This document shows positions 28,704 to 37,639 of a DNA stretch of 64,000 bases, piece by piece; the first letter of the stretch is position 1, and the number at the start of each line of letters is the position of its first letter. The translations under genes were made by a program, and so were the position numbers. The stretch comes from an uncultured Acidobacteriota bacterium (GTDB taxonomy: Bacteria; Acidobacteriota; Vicinamibacteria; Vicinamibacterales; CAVVIG01). The notes below the pieces were generated by a model that was given only the letters and a program-made list of their open reading frames with translations, was not told where the DNA came from and made no database searches. The stretch covers positions 2,172,419 through 2,236,418 of the forward strand of contig CAWIMX010000001.1 in the NCBI GenBank assembly GCA_963837345.1, written 5' to 3'.

Positions 28704-29888
28704 CTACTTGAACCACCCGACGCTGTTCGACACGGGCAACGTGATCCGGAATCGGGTGCCGGAGCCCGGATGGCTGGTCAGATCGATGCGTCCGTCGTGC
28801 GCGTCCACGATCTTCCTGACGATCGCCAGGCCCAGGCCCGATCCCTGCGGCTTGGTGGTGACGAACGGGTTGAAGATGCGGTCGGTCAGCTCCGCCGGCA
28901 CGCCGGGCCCATCGTCGGTCACGTCGACGACGACCGTCGGCTTCGCCGGCTCGTCGTCGCTGAACGCCGGATCGGAGTCGAGCCGCCCCGGCCCCACCGC
29001 AATCGCCACGCGGCCGCGGCCCCCGAGCGCGTCGAATGCGTTGGTGACCAGATTCGTGAACACCTGGCAGAGCTGGTGTGGATCACCGTCCACGGCCGGC
29101 ACCGCCGGATCGATCCGGACGTCCACCGTGACGGCGCCCCGCGTGACCTTGTTTTCCGCCATCGTGATCGCCTGGTGCAGCACGTCGGCCAGGCTGGTGC
29201 GCTCGACCTGAAGCCGGATCGGCCGGACGTACTCGAGCATCTCGACCACGATCGCGTTCGCCAGCTTGGACTCGCTGATGATGTCGGCCAGCAGCGACTG
29301 CGCGGCGGCCGACTCGGGAACCTGGCGCCGGAGAAGCCCCGCCATCACCTCGATGCCCGCGAGGGGGTTCTTCAGCTCGTGCGCGATGCCGGCCGCCATC
29401 TCGCCGAGCGACGCGAGCCGATCCCGCAGCCGTTCCCGCTCTTCCGCCTGCTCGACCTGCGTCAGGTCCTTGAAGAACATCACCGCGCCGATCACCACGC
29501 CCGAGTCGTCCACCACCTTCGACAGCGTGTAGCCAATCACCCGATCGAGGTCCTTGAGCCTGAGATCGGCGCGATTGGGCAGCGTCGTGAGCTCGAACGA
29601 GCTCGCGAGCAGGCGGACGATGTCGGGGCGGCCTCGAAGGACCTCGATCAACGGACGCCCCACGTTCCGCGGATCGGGCGTCAGCGAAAAGATGCGGTAC
29701 GCCTCGTCGTTCATCAGCGCCACCGATCCGTCCCGCTCGATCACGATCACGCCGTTGCGCAGGCTCGCAATCAGGTTCCGGAAGAACCGGTCGTTCGTGC
29801 CGCCCGTGCGGGGCGTCGCAGGCGCAGTGGGGCGTGCGGACGGGGGCCGAAGTCGGCCCCCAGAGGGTGCTGGTCGTCGTTTGGCCAT
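28704..29888 (-). CDS. PAS-domain sensor histidine kinase (NtrB/AtoS-like)
   Basis: PAS segment, H-box (MAAGIAHELKNPL), N/G boxes (NLVTNAFDA, DDGPGV, GSGLGLAI). ATG 29888 was chosen because a sigma-54 promoter lies inside the longer track ORF. Confidence 0.9.
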   Translation of the reverse strand: MAKRRPAPSGGRLRPPSARPTAPATPRTGGTNDRFFRNLIASLRNGVIVIERDGSVALMNDEAYRIFSLTPDPRNVGRPLIEVLRGRPDIVRLLASSFELTTLPNRADLRLKDLDRVIGYTLSKVVDDSGVVIGAVMFFKDLTQVEQAEERERLRDRLASLGEMAAGIAHELKNPLAGIEVMAGLLRRQVPESAAAQSLLADIISESKLANAIVVEMLEYVRPIRLQVERTSLADVLHQAITMAENKVTRGAVTVDVRIDPAVPAVDGDPHQLCQVFTNLVTNAFDALGGRGRVAIAVGPGRLDSDPAFSDDEPAKPTVVVDVTDDGPGVPAELTDRIFNPFVTTKPQGSGLGLAIVRKIVDAHDGRIDLTSHPGSGTRFRITLPVSNSVGWFK

Positions 29889-29922
29889 GGCGAGGATACA
29901 GGCGTTCAAGCAAAGGGGCGCG

Positions 29923-29937
29923 GCAAAGGCCGTGCCC
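29923..29937 (-). promoter_or_regulatory. Candidate sigma-54 (-24/-12) promoter for the HK/RR operon
   Basis: Minus strand GGGCACG-GCCT-TTGC, versus the TGGCACG-N4-TTGC consensus, with correct GG-N10-GC spacing. Its -12 end (29923) lies about 35 nt upstream of ATG 29888. Confidence 0.5.
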
Positions 29938-30005
29938 GACACCGGCTGGAGGAAATCGGACAAAAGCCTGTTGGAATCAGACGGTTAGGCCGTTCGTCCG
30001 AGGTC

Positions 30006-30044
30006 GACAGTATAACAAAACTGTAATTCGGCGACGAATCTGTC
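30006..30044. promoter_or_regulatory. Possible enhancer (UAS) palindromes upstream of the sigma-54 promoter
   Basis: ACAGT-N8-ACTGT (30007-30024) plus an outer GACAG/CTGTC pair, in an AT-rich patch about 80-110 bp upstream of the -24/-12 element. Confidence 0.25.
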
Positions 30045-30050
30045 AGCGGG

Positions 30051-32024
30051 TCACCGCTTGGGCGAGGCTGGCGCGTCCGCGCCGGTCTGGAGCTCCTCCC
30101 ATTCGTGCATGAGATCGCCCACTTGCCACATCAGGGCCTGGTGCCGATCGATCAGCGGCTGCGCTGCGGCGCGGTCCTGATAGAACCCCGGGGCCGACAT
30201 GGCCGTCTCGAGCTCGCGCATTTCGCGCTCGCAGTCGGCGATCCGCGACTCGAGCGCGTCGATCTTCTTCTGCTTCGCTTCTTCGGCGCGCTGACGGCGG
30301 CGGGTTTCGGCGTCGGCGCGCTTCTTCTCCTCGCGCGACGCCTTCGGCGCGCGGGTGGACGGTGGCGGCGCGGGCCGGCGACGCGCGGGCACCGCTGCAG
30401 GAGCGGCAGCGGGGACGGGAGGGTGCTCCTTGTGCCACAGGAATTCGGCATAGGTGCCCGGATAGGCGAGCGCATGGCCCCCGCCCACCTCGACGATCTT
30501 CGTGGCGAGCCGCTCCACGAAATAGCGATCGTGCGACACGAAGACGAGCGTGCCGCCATAGTCTTCGAGCGCGTCGAGCAACACGTCCTTCGAATCGAGA
30601 TCGAGGTGGTTCGTGGGCTCGTCGAGCAGGAGCGTGTTCGACGGCCGGAGCAGCATCCGTGCGACCGCCAGCCGCGTGCGCTCGCCACCCGAGAGCACCC
30701 CCACGCGCTTCTGCACGTCGTCGCCGGAGAAGAGAAAACCGCCGAGCACGTTGCGGATGGCGGGCACCATGTCGATGGGCGAGCCCGACGCGAGAGTCTC
30801 GTACACCGTCGACGTCGGATCCATGCGCGTGGCCTCGTCCTGGGCGAAGTACTGCATCACGACGTTGTGTCCGACGTGGCACTCGCCCCGGTCGGGCGGC
30901 TCTTCGCCCGAGAGCAGCCGCATCAGCGTCGACTTCCCGGTGCCGTTCGGCCCGACGACGGCGATCCGGTCGCCGCGTTCCACGTGGAGGTCGACGCCGG
31001 CCAGGACCGGCAGGCTGCCGTAGGCCTTGGCCACGCCGCGGAGCTCGAGGACGGTCCGGCCGCTCCTGGCCGACGTCGGAAAGTCGAAGTGGATCTTCTT
31101 GCGCTCGGGCGGCACCTCGATCGGCACGACCTTCTCGAGCAGCTTGATCCGGCTCTGGACCTGCGAGGCCTTGGTGGCCTGATAGCGAAAGCGATCGATG
31201 AACATCCGGATCCGGGCGACTTCTTCGTCCTGCTCGCGCTTGGCCTTGCGCAGCGCCTCGATCCGCGCATGGTGTTCGACGAGGTAGTGACTGTAGGTGC
31301 CCGGATAGTCGGTGAGCGTCCGCAGCGTCAGGTCGGCGATGCGGGTGACGACGGCGTCGAGGAAGTAGCGATCGTGCGAGACGAGAATGACGGCGTGGGG
31401 GTACTGGTTGAGGTACGTCTCGAGCCAGTTGCGCGCTTCGAGATCGAGATGGTTCGTGGGTTCGTCGAGCAGCAGCAGATTGGGCTGGCCGAGCAGGAGC
31501 TTGGCGAGGGCCAGCCGCATTTGCCAGCCGCCCGAGAAGGTGTCGGTCGGCCGCTCGAAGTCGGTCGGGGCGAAGCCGAGCCCCTGCAGCACGGCGGCCG
31601 TCTTGAGCTCGATGCTGTAGCCGTCGCCCAGGCGGAACCGGTCCTGGAGGTCGCTGTACCGCGCGAGCATCGCGTCGTGCTCGGCCTCGGGAATGCCGGC
31701 GTCGCCGAGCCGCCCCTCGAGGGCGTGCATGTCGGCACGCATCGCGAGCAGGGCGGTGAACGCGCTCGATGCCTCGTCGAAGACGGTGCGTCCGCTGTGC
31801 GCGAGGCCGTCCTGCGGGAGATAGCCGACCGTGAGCGCGGTGGGTTTGAGGATCGCGCCCGAGTCGGCTTCCTCGAGCCCGGCCATCATGCGGAGCAGCG
31901 TGGTCTTGCCGGCGCCGTTCGGTCCGCAGAGGCCGACGCGCTCGCGATCGGTGATTTGCCAGGTGACGTGGTCGAAGAGAACGCGGTCGCCGAAGGCTTT
32001 CGTCAGCGCCTGAAGCTGGATCAT
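30051..32024 (-). CDS. ABC-F family ATPase (two ABC domains, no TM; Uup/YheS/EttA-type)
   Basis: Two Walker A motifs (GPNGAGKTT, GPNGTGKST), two LSGG signatures (FSGGWQMR, LSGGERTR) and a C-terminal charged coiled coil. The ATG overlaps the upstream gene stop (ATGA). Confidence 0.93.
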   Translation of the reverse strand: MIQLQALTKAFGDRVLFDHVTWQITDRERVGLCGPNGAGKTTLLRMMAGLEEADSGAILKPTALTVGYLPQDGLAHSGRTVFDEASSAFTALLAMRADMHALEGRLGDAGIPEAEHDAMLARYSDLQDRFRLGDGYSIELKTAAVLQGLGFAPTDFERPTDTFSGGWQMRLALAKLLLGQPNLLLLDEPTNHLDLEARNWLETYLNQYPHAVILVSHDRYFLDAVVTRIADLTLRTLTDYPGTYSHYLVEHHARIEALRKAKREQDEEVARIRMFIDRFRYQATKASQVQSRIKLLEKVVPIEVPPERKKIHFDFPTSARSGRTVLELRGVAKAYGSLPVLAGVDLHVERGDRIAVVGPNGTGKSTLMRLLSGEEPPDRGECHVGHNVVMQYFAQDEATRMDPTSTVYETLASGSPIDMVPAIRNVLGGFLFSGDDVQKRVGVLSGGERTRLAVARMLLRPSNTLLLDEPTNHLDLDSKDVLLDALEDYGGTLVFVSHDRYFVERLATKIVEVGGGHALAYPGTYAEFLWHKEHPPVPAAAPAAVPARRRPAPPPSTRAPKASREEKKRADAETRRRQRAEEAKQKKIDALESRIADCEREMRELETAMSAPGFYQDRAAAQPLIDRHQALMWQVGDLMHEWEELQTGADAPASPKR

Positions 32025-32623
32025 CCCTGTTCGCCGAGTGCCTTGGCTGCGGCGGCGAGCACCTGCGGCACGCGGAACGGCTTGGTCAGATACCCGGCGA
32101 CGCCGAGGTTCACCGCCTCGATCGCGCTCGCTTCGGTGGAGAAGCCGGTGATGATGATGACCGGCAGGTCGGTCTTGTACCGCTTGGCCTCCCGGATCAC
32201 GGTGAGGCCGTCCATCCCCGGCATCTTGAGGTCGGCGATGAGCAGATCGTAAGGGTACATCCGCATGCGCTCGAGCGCGGTGCGGCCGTCCTGGGCGACG
32301 TCGACGTCGTATTCGGCGAGCGCGAGCGTCTTGGCCAGCAGATCCCGGATGCTCGCCTCATCGTCGACCACGAGCACGCGGGGGCGCGCGCTGGCGGCGG
32401 CCGGCCGATTCGCGGCCGCGGCCGCGGTGACGGGGGCGCGCGAGCCCCCGCGCGGGCGCTGGCTGTCCAGCCAGGCATCGATGTCACGCTTGCGGAACCG
32501 CCACTGCCTGCCGACGCGGACCGCCGGAATCTTGCCGGCCTTGATCAGCCGGTAGACGGTGCGGAGGTTCACCTGGAGGTACTCCAGGACTTCCTCGGTC
32601 GTCAGAAACGTTTCGTCAATCAT
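32021..32623 (-). CDS. Response regulator with N-terminal excisionase/MerR-type HTH (HTH_17) fused to a C-terminal REC domain
   Basis: LTTEEVLEYLQVNLRTVYRLIKAGKIPAVRVGRQWRFRKRDIDAWL, then a linker, then REC (VLVVDDE...DLLIADLKMPGMDG...ITGF...YLTKPF). Confidence 0.85.
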   Translation of the reverse strand: MIDETFLTTEEVLEYLQVNLRTVYRLIKAGKIPAVRVGRQWRFRKRDIDAWLDSQRPRGGSRAPVTAAAAANRPAAASARPRVLVVDDEASIRDLLAKTLALAEYDVDVAQDGRTALERMRMYPYDLLIADLKMPGMDGLTVIREAKRYKTDLPVIIITGFSTEASAIEAVNLGVAGYLTKPFRVPQVLAAAAKALGEQG

Positions 32624-34733
32624 CGATTGCGTCCTGCCGCCGGTGCGCCGGCAACTCGACGGTCATGACCGCCCCCCCGTCGGGATGATTCGAGGCCGTG
32701 ATCTGGCCGCCGTGATCCTGAATGATCCCGTAGGCGATCGCCAATCCGAGGCCCGTGCCCTTGCCCACTTCCTTCGTGGTGTAGAAGGGCTCGAAGATGT
32801 GCGGCAGCGCGTCGGAGGGAATCCCCTCGCCCGTGTCGCGCACAATCACCTGGATCCGGTCGCCAGAGCCGGCCACTCGCGTCGTGATCTCGAGGCGACC
32901 GGGGCGGCCCGTCGAAGCCACGGCGTGCTCCGCGTTGACCACCATGTTGAGGAACACCTGGTGGAGCAGCAAAGGGTCGCTCGCGACGCGCGGCAACTGG
33001 TCGTCATAGTGTCGCACGATTTCGATGCCGGCGCTGCGGCACGCGGCGGTGCGCAGGGCGACGACCCGCTGCAGGACGGCGTTCACGCTGACGGCGCGCC
33101 GCGCGCCCCGCCGCGACCCGGCGAACGCGAGGAGGTTGCGCACGATCTTGGCGGCCCGATCCGCTTCACGGTAAATCGTCTGCACCTCCTTGCGAAGCTG
33201 TCGGGGGAACGCCCCGGTCACGCGCAGCAGCTCCAGGTGTCCCAGCACGCCTTGCAGCGGGTTGTTCAGCTCGTGGGCGATGCCCGCGACGAACTGCCCG
33301 AGGGCTGCGAGCTTTTCCGACTGGCTCAGCCGGCGCCGCAGTTCCTCGCGCTCGGCCTCGAGCCGCGTCTGCGGCGTCAGGTCGCGCGCCACGATGACGC
33401 TGCCGACGCGGCGCTGCTCCTGGTCCACGAGGTCGCTCACCGTCACCATGAACGGCCCCTGCAGCCTCGGGTCCGTCACTTCGATGGTGCTGGCCTCTTC
33501 GCCTTCCAGGCCGCCCCCGGCATGACGATCGGCGAGCCACGCGGCGAGCTCCGGTCCGATGAAATCGGCCAGCGGCTTGTCGAGCAGCTGCTCGCTCGAC
33601 AGGCCCAGTCGCTTCGCGAAGGGCTGGTTCACATGCACGATGCGGCCACGGCGATCCGAGACGGCGACCAGGTGGGCGATGGAATCGAACGTGTTTTCCA
33701 GCTCGCGCCGCGACCGCATCACGTCGTCGAGCAGCTGCATGTTCTCGATGGCGCTCGAGAGCCGCTGGCCGAGGGCGTCGGCGCGGTCGAGCACGTCGAG
33801 CTCCCCGCCCGGCTCGACCCGCACGCCCTCGAACACGATCGTGCCCAGCGCCCGTCGCGTGCCGCGGAGGGGCACCGTGACCGTCACCGTCGCGGCGCCG
33901 CTCGGCCGAGGCTCGATCTCGGCGCGCGCGCGGCGCATCGCCACGGCCGCCGGCGCCAGCTGGTCGTCGGTGCTGACGTGCACGCCGCGGGCCGAGTGCG
34001 CCGAGTCCGAGGAGGCCTGCAGCACGAGGCGGCGGGCGCGCCAATCGTGCAGCCACACCGACGTCCGATCGGCGCCGAACAGCCGGTTCGCCCCGTGGCA
34101 GAAGATGTCGAGGCCTCCCGACAGGCTCAGCGTCGCCGAGAGACTGTCGGAGAACTCGTCGAGCAGGCCGCGGAGATCGCGCTGCACTTCCTCGCTCTGG
34201 CGCAGGCGGAAGAGATCGAGCGCCGTGACCACCGCGTTCACCGCGTCGGCGCTCGCGGCGGCCGCCGCGGTCAGATCGCCCGTGGCGTCGAAGCCGATGA
34301 CGAACAGCCCGATGCGCTCGTCGGGGCGGGCCAGCGGACAGAGCAGCGCGGCGCGTGAAGGCAGCCGGGCTGCGAGGGATGGCGCCTGCCCGGGCAGGTC
34401 GCCGACGGCGACGGACGAACCGGTGGCGAAGGCCGCGCTCACCAGGTCCGCTTCCTCGCGACCGGGAATCCAGGGATCCGTCGGGAGCGCGTCGAGCCCG
34501 AAGCCCGATGCGGCGAAGAGGGTGCCGTCGCGGGGGTTGTGACGGAACAGCAGCGAGCACGAGCCGCCCGTGACGTCGAGCACATACTGATGCAGGTGGG
34601 GCAGCAAATCGGCCGAGTGCGACGTGCGGGCGAGCTCCGACCAGAGCGATGCATCCGCCTGGGCCGTGCCGCCCGGGGTCGAACCTCCGGCGGCCTGCCG
34701 GGCGAGCCGCCTGGGGCGTGTGTCTCGGGGCAT
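32616..34733 (-). CDS. GAF/PAS sensor histidine kinase
   Basis: Two GAF-like regions, a PAS region, H-box (FVAGIAHELNNPL) and HATPase boxes (NMVVNAEHA, DTGEGI, GTGLGLAI). ATG 34733 is preferred over the track start 34811 because of a promoter-like element. It overlaps the RR gene by 8 nt. Confidence 0.9.
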   Translation of the reverse strand: MPRDTRPRRLARQAAGGSTPGGTAQADASLWSELARTSHSADLLPHLHQYVLDVTGGSCSLLFRHNPRDGTLFAASGFGLDALPTDPWIPGREEADLVSAAFATGSSVAVGDLPGQAPSLAARLPSRAALLCPLARPDERIGLFVIGFDATGDLTAAAAASADAVNAVVTALDLFRLRQSEEVQRDLRGLLDEFSDSLSATLSLSGGLDIFCHGANRLFGADRTSVWLHDWRARRLVLQASSDSAHSARGVHVSTDDQLAPAAVAMRRARAEIEPRPSGAATVTVTVPLRGTRRALGTIVFEGVRVEPGGELDVLDRADALGQRLSSAIENMQLLDDVMRSRRELENTFDSIAHLVAVSDRRGRIVHVNQPFAKRLGLSSEQLLDKPLADFIGPELAAWLADRHAGGGLEGEEASTIEVTDPRLQGPFMVTVSDLVDQEQRRVGSVIVARDLTPQTRLEAEREELRRRLSQSEKLAALGQFVAGIAHELNNPLQGVLGHLELLRVTGAFPRQLRKEVQTIYREADRAAKIVRNLLAFAGSRRGARRAVSVNAVLQRVVALRTAACRSAGIEIVRHYDDQLPRVASDPLLLHQVFLNMVVNAEHAVASTGRPGRLEITTRVAGSGDRIQVIVRDTGEGIPSDALPHIFEPFYTTKEVGKGTGLGLAIAYGIIQDHGGQITASNHPDGGAVMTVELPAHRRQDAIDD

Positions 34734-34754
34734 CGGAGGGGTGGTGGCGGCGAG

Positions 34755-34784
34755 ATTGTAGCGCGTGGCGCCCGATGGCGCCAA
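34755..34784 (-). promoter_or_regulatory. Candidate sigma-70 promoter for the GAF/PAS kinase operon
   Basis: Minus strand TTGGCG-N18-TACAAT, ending about 21 nt upstream of ATG 34733. Confidence 0.35.
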
Positions 34785-34948
34785 CGCATCCTGGCAGGTC
34801 CGTGAACGCACCGCGTGCTGTAACTCGCAGAGTTTCAGTGGTTTATCGTGGTGGAATCGTATAATACCAGTCGGGGGGTCGTACGGAGGCCGACTGCTCG
34901 TGCCAGCCGGCCGTCTAACTCCCTGTAGACAACCCGCCGCGCTCCCGC

Positions 34949-35512
34949 ATGACGTGGACGGACGAGGAGCTCGTCGCCCGATCGATCGGGGGCGACTCCG
35001 ACAGTTTCAATGAGCTCGTGCTCCGATGGGAACGTCCCATCTACGCCCTCGCGTACCGCGTGATCGGTCGCGAAGAGGACGCGCGAGACGTGTGCCAGGA
35101 GACGTTCCTGCGCGCCTTTCGCGCCCTCAACGGTTTTCGCGGGCAGGCGAAGTTTTCCTCATGGCTCTATCGCATCGCGCTCAATCTCTGCCGCGACTGG
35201 GTCAGGCGGGAGCGTCGCACGCCGCTCGTGCAGCCGCCCGAGGACGTGCCCTTGACGGATCTGGCGACCGCGGCGGCCGAGCCGGTGGAGTCGGTCGAGG
35301 ATCTGGTGGCGCGGGGCGAGCTCATGCGAACGGTGGAGGCGGCGATGGCCCGGCTCCCCGAGGAGCAGCGCACCGCCATCATCCTGAAGGAGTATCACGG
35401 GTTGACGTTCCAGGAAATCGCGGATCTCGTCGGCTGTCCGCTGAGCACGGTGAAGACGCGCCTCTACCAGGGTCTGAACGTGCTGCGGCGGGAGCTTGGG
35501 ACCGATCTCTAG
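34949..35512 (+). CDS. ECF sigma factor (RpoE-like)
   Basis: Region 2 (EDARDVCQETFLRAFRAL, FSSWLYRIALNLCRDWVRR) and region 4 (LTFQEIADLVGCPLSTVKTRLYQG). Confidence 0.92.
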   Translation: MTWTDEELVARSIGGDSDSFNELVLRWERPIYALAYRVIGREEDARDVCQETFLRAFRALNGFRGQAKFSSWLYRIALNLCRDWVRRERRTPLVQPPEDVPLTDLATAAAEPVESVEDLVARGELMRTVEAAMARLPEEQRTAIILKEYHGLTFQEIADLVGCPLSTVKTRLYQGLNVLRRELGTDL

Positions 35513-35524
35513 TGTGACATTGCC

Positions 35525-36295
35525 ATGACCGAACACACACGCTGCACCTATTCCGGCGATCGCATCGACGCGCTCATGATGTACTTCTACGGCGAGGCCG
35601 GCGCGGAAGGGGCCGCCTTCGATCGCCATCTGGCCGGCTGCGCCGCGTGCCGCGAGGAGCTCGACGCGCTGCGCGGCGTGCGAGGCCGGCTCGCCGAATG
35701 GGCGCCTCCGGAGCCGGCCGGCGCGCTGGCGCCGCAGGCGGTCGCCACCTCGCCGCGCCGCCGCCTCTGGCGCGCCCTCGGCGAGATTCCCGTGTGGGCG
35801 CAGATTGCCGCCGCGTCGCTCATCGTGGGCGTCTCGGCCGGCGCGGCCAACCTCAGCGTCCGGTACGGCGCCGACGGACTGACCATCCGGAGCGGCTGGT
35901 GGCCGGCCGAAGCCGCGGCCCCCTCGGCACCGCCTTCCGAGCCCTGGCGGGCGGAGCTGGCCTCGCTCAGAAGCGATCTCGAATCGAGCCTGGCCGAGGT
36001 CCGCACGGCAGCCACGGCGCGGCAGGACCCGACCGCCGCTCCGGCCGCCGCGAACCACGACGACGCCATCATGCGGCAGGTGCGATCGCTCATCGAGGAA
36101 AGCGACCGGCGTCACCAGCGCGAGCTGGCGCTCAGGGTCGGCGAAGTCCTGCGCGACGTGAACGCCCAGCGGCGCGCCGATCTCGTGAACATCGATCGCA
36201 GTCTCGGTACGTTGCAGAACAACATGGGCGTGGAGCTGCTCAAGCAGCGCGAGCAGGTCAACAACTACATGCTTCGGGTGTCGTCGCAGAAGTAG
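35525..36295 (+). CDS. Anti-sigma factor (zf-HC2 type, single TM)
   Basis: HLAGCAACREEL zinc-binding motif and a TM segment (IPVWAQIAAASLIVGVSAGAA). It sits directly downstream of the ECF sigma. Confidence 0.8.
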   Translation: MTEHTRCTYSGDRIDALMMYFYGEAGAEGAAFDRHLAGCAACREELDALRGVRGRLAEWAPPEPAGALAPQAVATSPRRRLWRALGEIPVWAQIAAASLIVGVSAGAANLSVRYGADGLTIRSGWWPAEAAAPSAPPSEPWRAELASLRSDLESSLAEVRTAATARQDPTAAPAAANHDDAIMRQVRSLIEESDRRHQRELALRVGEVLRDVNAQRRADLVNIDRSLGTLQNNMGVELLKQREQVNNYMLRVSSQK

Positions 36296-36317
36296 CGGGA
36301 TCGACGTGGAGGCAGGT

Positions 36318-37130
36318 GTGAGAACCATCGGAGTGGCGGCGGTCGTCGGGCTGACGGTGCTCGCGGCGCCCGTGGTGGCGCAGGATGCCGGGCGGCAGCA
36401 GGATCGATATCAGATCTCGCAGATGGAGCGCATGCTCGAAGGCGCCGTCGAACACGGCGCCGCCGTGGTGCGGGACCGGCTCCAGGCGGTGCTGCCCTCC
36501 GAGGTGCTCATCACCCAGGACGCCAGGGCCCGGGGCTTTCGCCTCGAGGGCTATGGCATCTTCTTCGATGTCGCCGTGCCGTCGCTGCAGGGAACGATGC
36601 CCTGGATCTTTCACACGCTCGACCAGAACGATCTCGGACTGGCGAGCGCCTTGAGCGCATTGCGGGCGCACATCGACGCCGACGGCGACGAGAAACTGCA
36701 GCAGGCGCTCCAGCGCATCGAGCTCCAGGTCGCGCCGGTGACGGCCACCGCGGTGCCGGCCGCCGCGAACCCGCGCACCCAGACCGGTTCGGCGACCGCC
36801 GTCGCCAACGCCCAGTCCGCCCCGACCCCGTCGACCCCGACCCCGGCGACCGACGACATCCTGAACGACCCGCGCGAAGCGTTCCACGCCGAGGTGCGCC
36901 AGGAAGTCGTCGACGCGCTGCTCGAATACGCCTCGTCGCTCGGCGTCAGCCCCACCGAATGGGTCAGCGTCGCCCTTCGTCCCGACGACGAGCTGCCACT
37001 GGTCGGGCCGTCCGACGGCCAGGATTTCACGATGGTGATTCGCGTGCGGGGCGGCGACCTGGCCGCATATCGGACGGGCACCCTGACCAAAGAGGCGGCC
37101 CGCGATCACGTCGAGGTGCGAGTGTTCTAG
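36318..37130 (+). CDS. Exported protein of unknown function
   Basis: GGAGG lies 5 nt upstream of GTG 36318. Signal peptide (M)RTIGVAAVVGLTVLAAPVVAQD. The track start 36306 is also possible. Confidence 0.55.
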   Translation: MRTIGVAAVVGLTVLAAPVVAQDAGRQQDRYQISQMERMLEGAVEHGAAVVRDRLQAVLPSEVLITQDARARGFRLEGYGIFFDVAVPSLQGTMPWIFHTLDQNDLGLASALSALRAHIDADGDEKLQQALQRIELQVAPVTATAVPAAANPRTQTGSATAVANAQSAPTPSTPTPATDDILNDPREAFHAEVRQEVVDALLEYASSLGVSPTEWVSVALRPDDELPLVGPSDGQDFTMVIRVRGGDLAAYRTGTLTKEAARDHVEVRVF

Positions 37131-37140
37131 AATAGCCCGC

Positions 37141-37623
37141 ATGCGTGGGCTGCTCGCCTCCGTCCTGCTCCTCGCCGCGGCCGCCACTCTCGCCTGTGGC
37201 CCGACCGTCGACCTCACCTCCGCGATCCAGGTGCTCGACGTCTCGACCGGCTGGAACGACGCCGGCCTCGTGAACGGCCAGAACAAGCTGGTGCCGTCGG
37301 TCGCATTCAAGCTGAAGAACATCTCGGATCAGATGCTCCCGAGCCTCCAGGCGAACGTCATTTTCCGGCGGGGCGCCGAAACGGAAGACTGGGGCGCGGT
37401 CTTCCTGACGGTCGCCGGCTCGGAAGGGCTGGCGCCCGACGCCACCACCGACGAACTGGTGGCGAAGTCGCAGCTCGGCTACACCGGCATCGAGGCCCGC
37501 CTCGAGATGCTGCAGAACAGCCACTTCGTCGATGCGCACGCCGACGTCTTCGCGAAGTACGCGTCCACGCAGTGGGTGAAGATCGGCGAGTATCCCATCG
37601 AACGCCGGCTCCTCGCCCCATGA
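37141..37623 (+). CDS. Lipoprotein of unknown function
   Basis: MRGLLASVLLLAAAATLAC lipobox. Complete ORF. Confidence 0.6.
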   Translation: MRGLLASVLLLAAAATLACGPTVDLTSAIQVLDVSTGWNDAGLVNGQNKLVPSVAFKLKNISDQMLPSLQANVIFRRGAETEDWGAVFLTVAGSEGLAPDATTDELVAKSQLGYTGIEARLEMLQNSHFVDAHADVFAKYASTQWVKIGEYPIERRLLAP

Positions 37624-37639
37624 TCCCCGCGGGCCGCCG

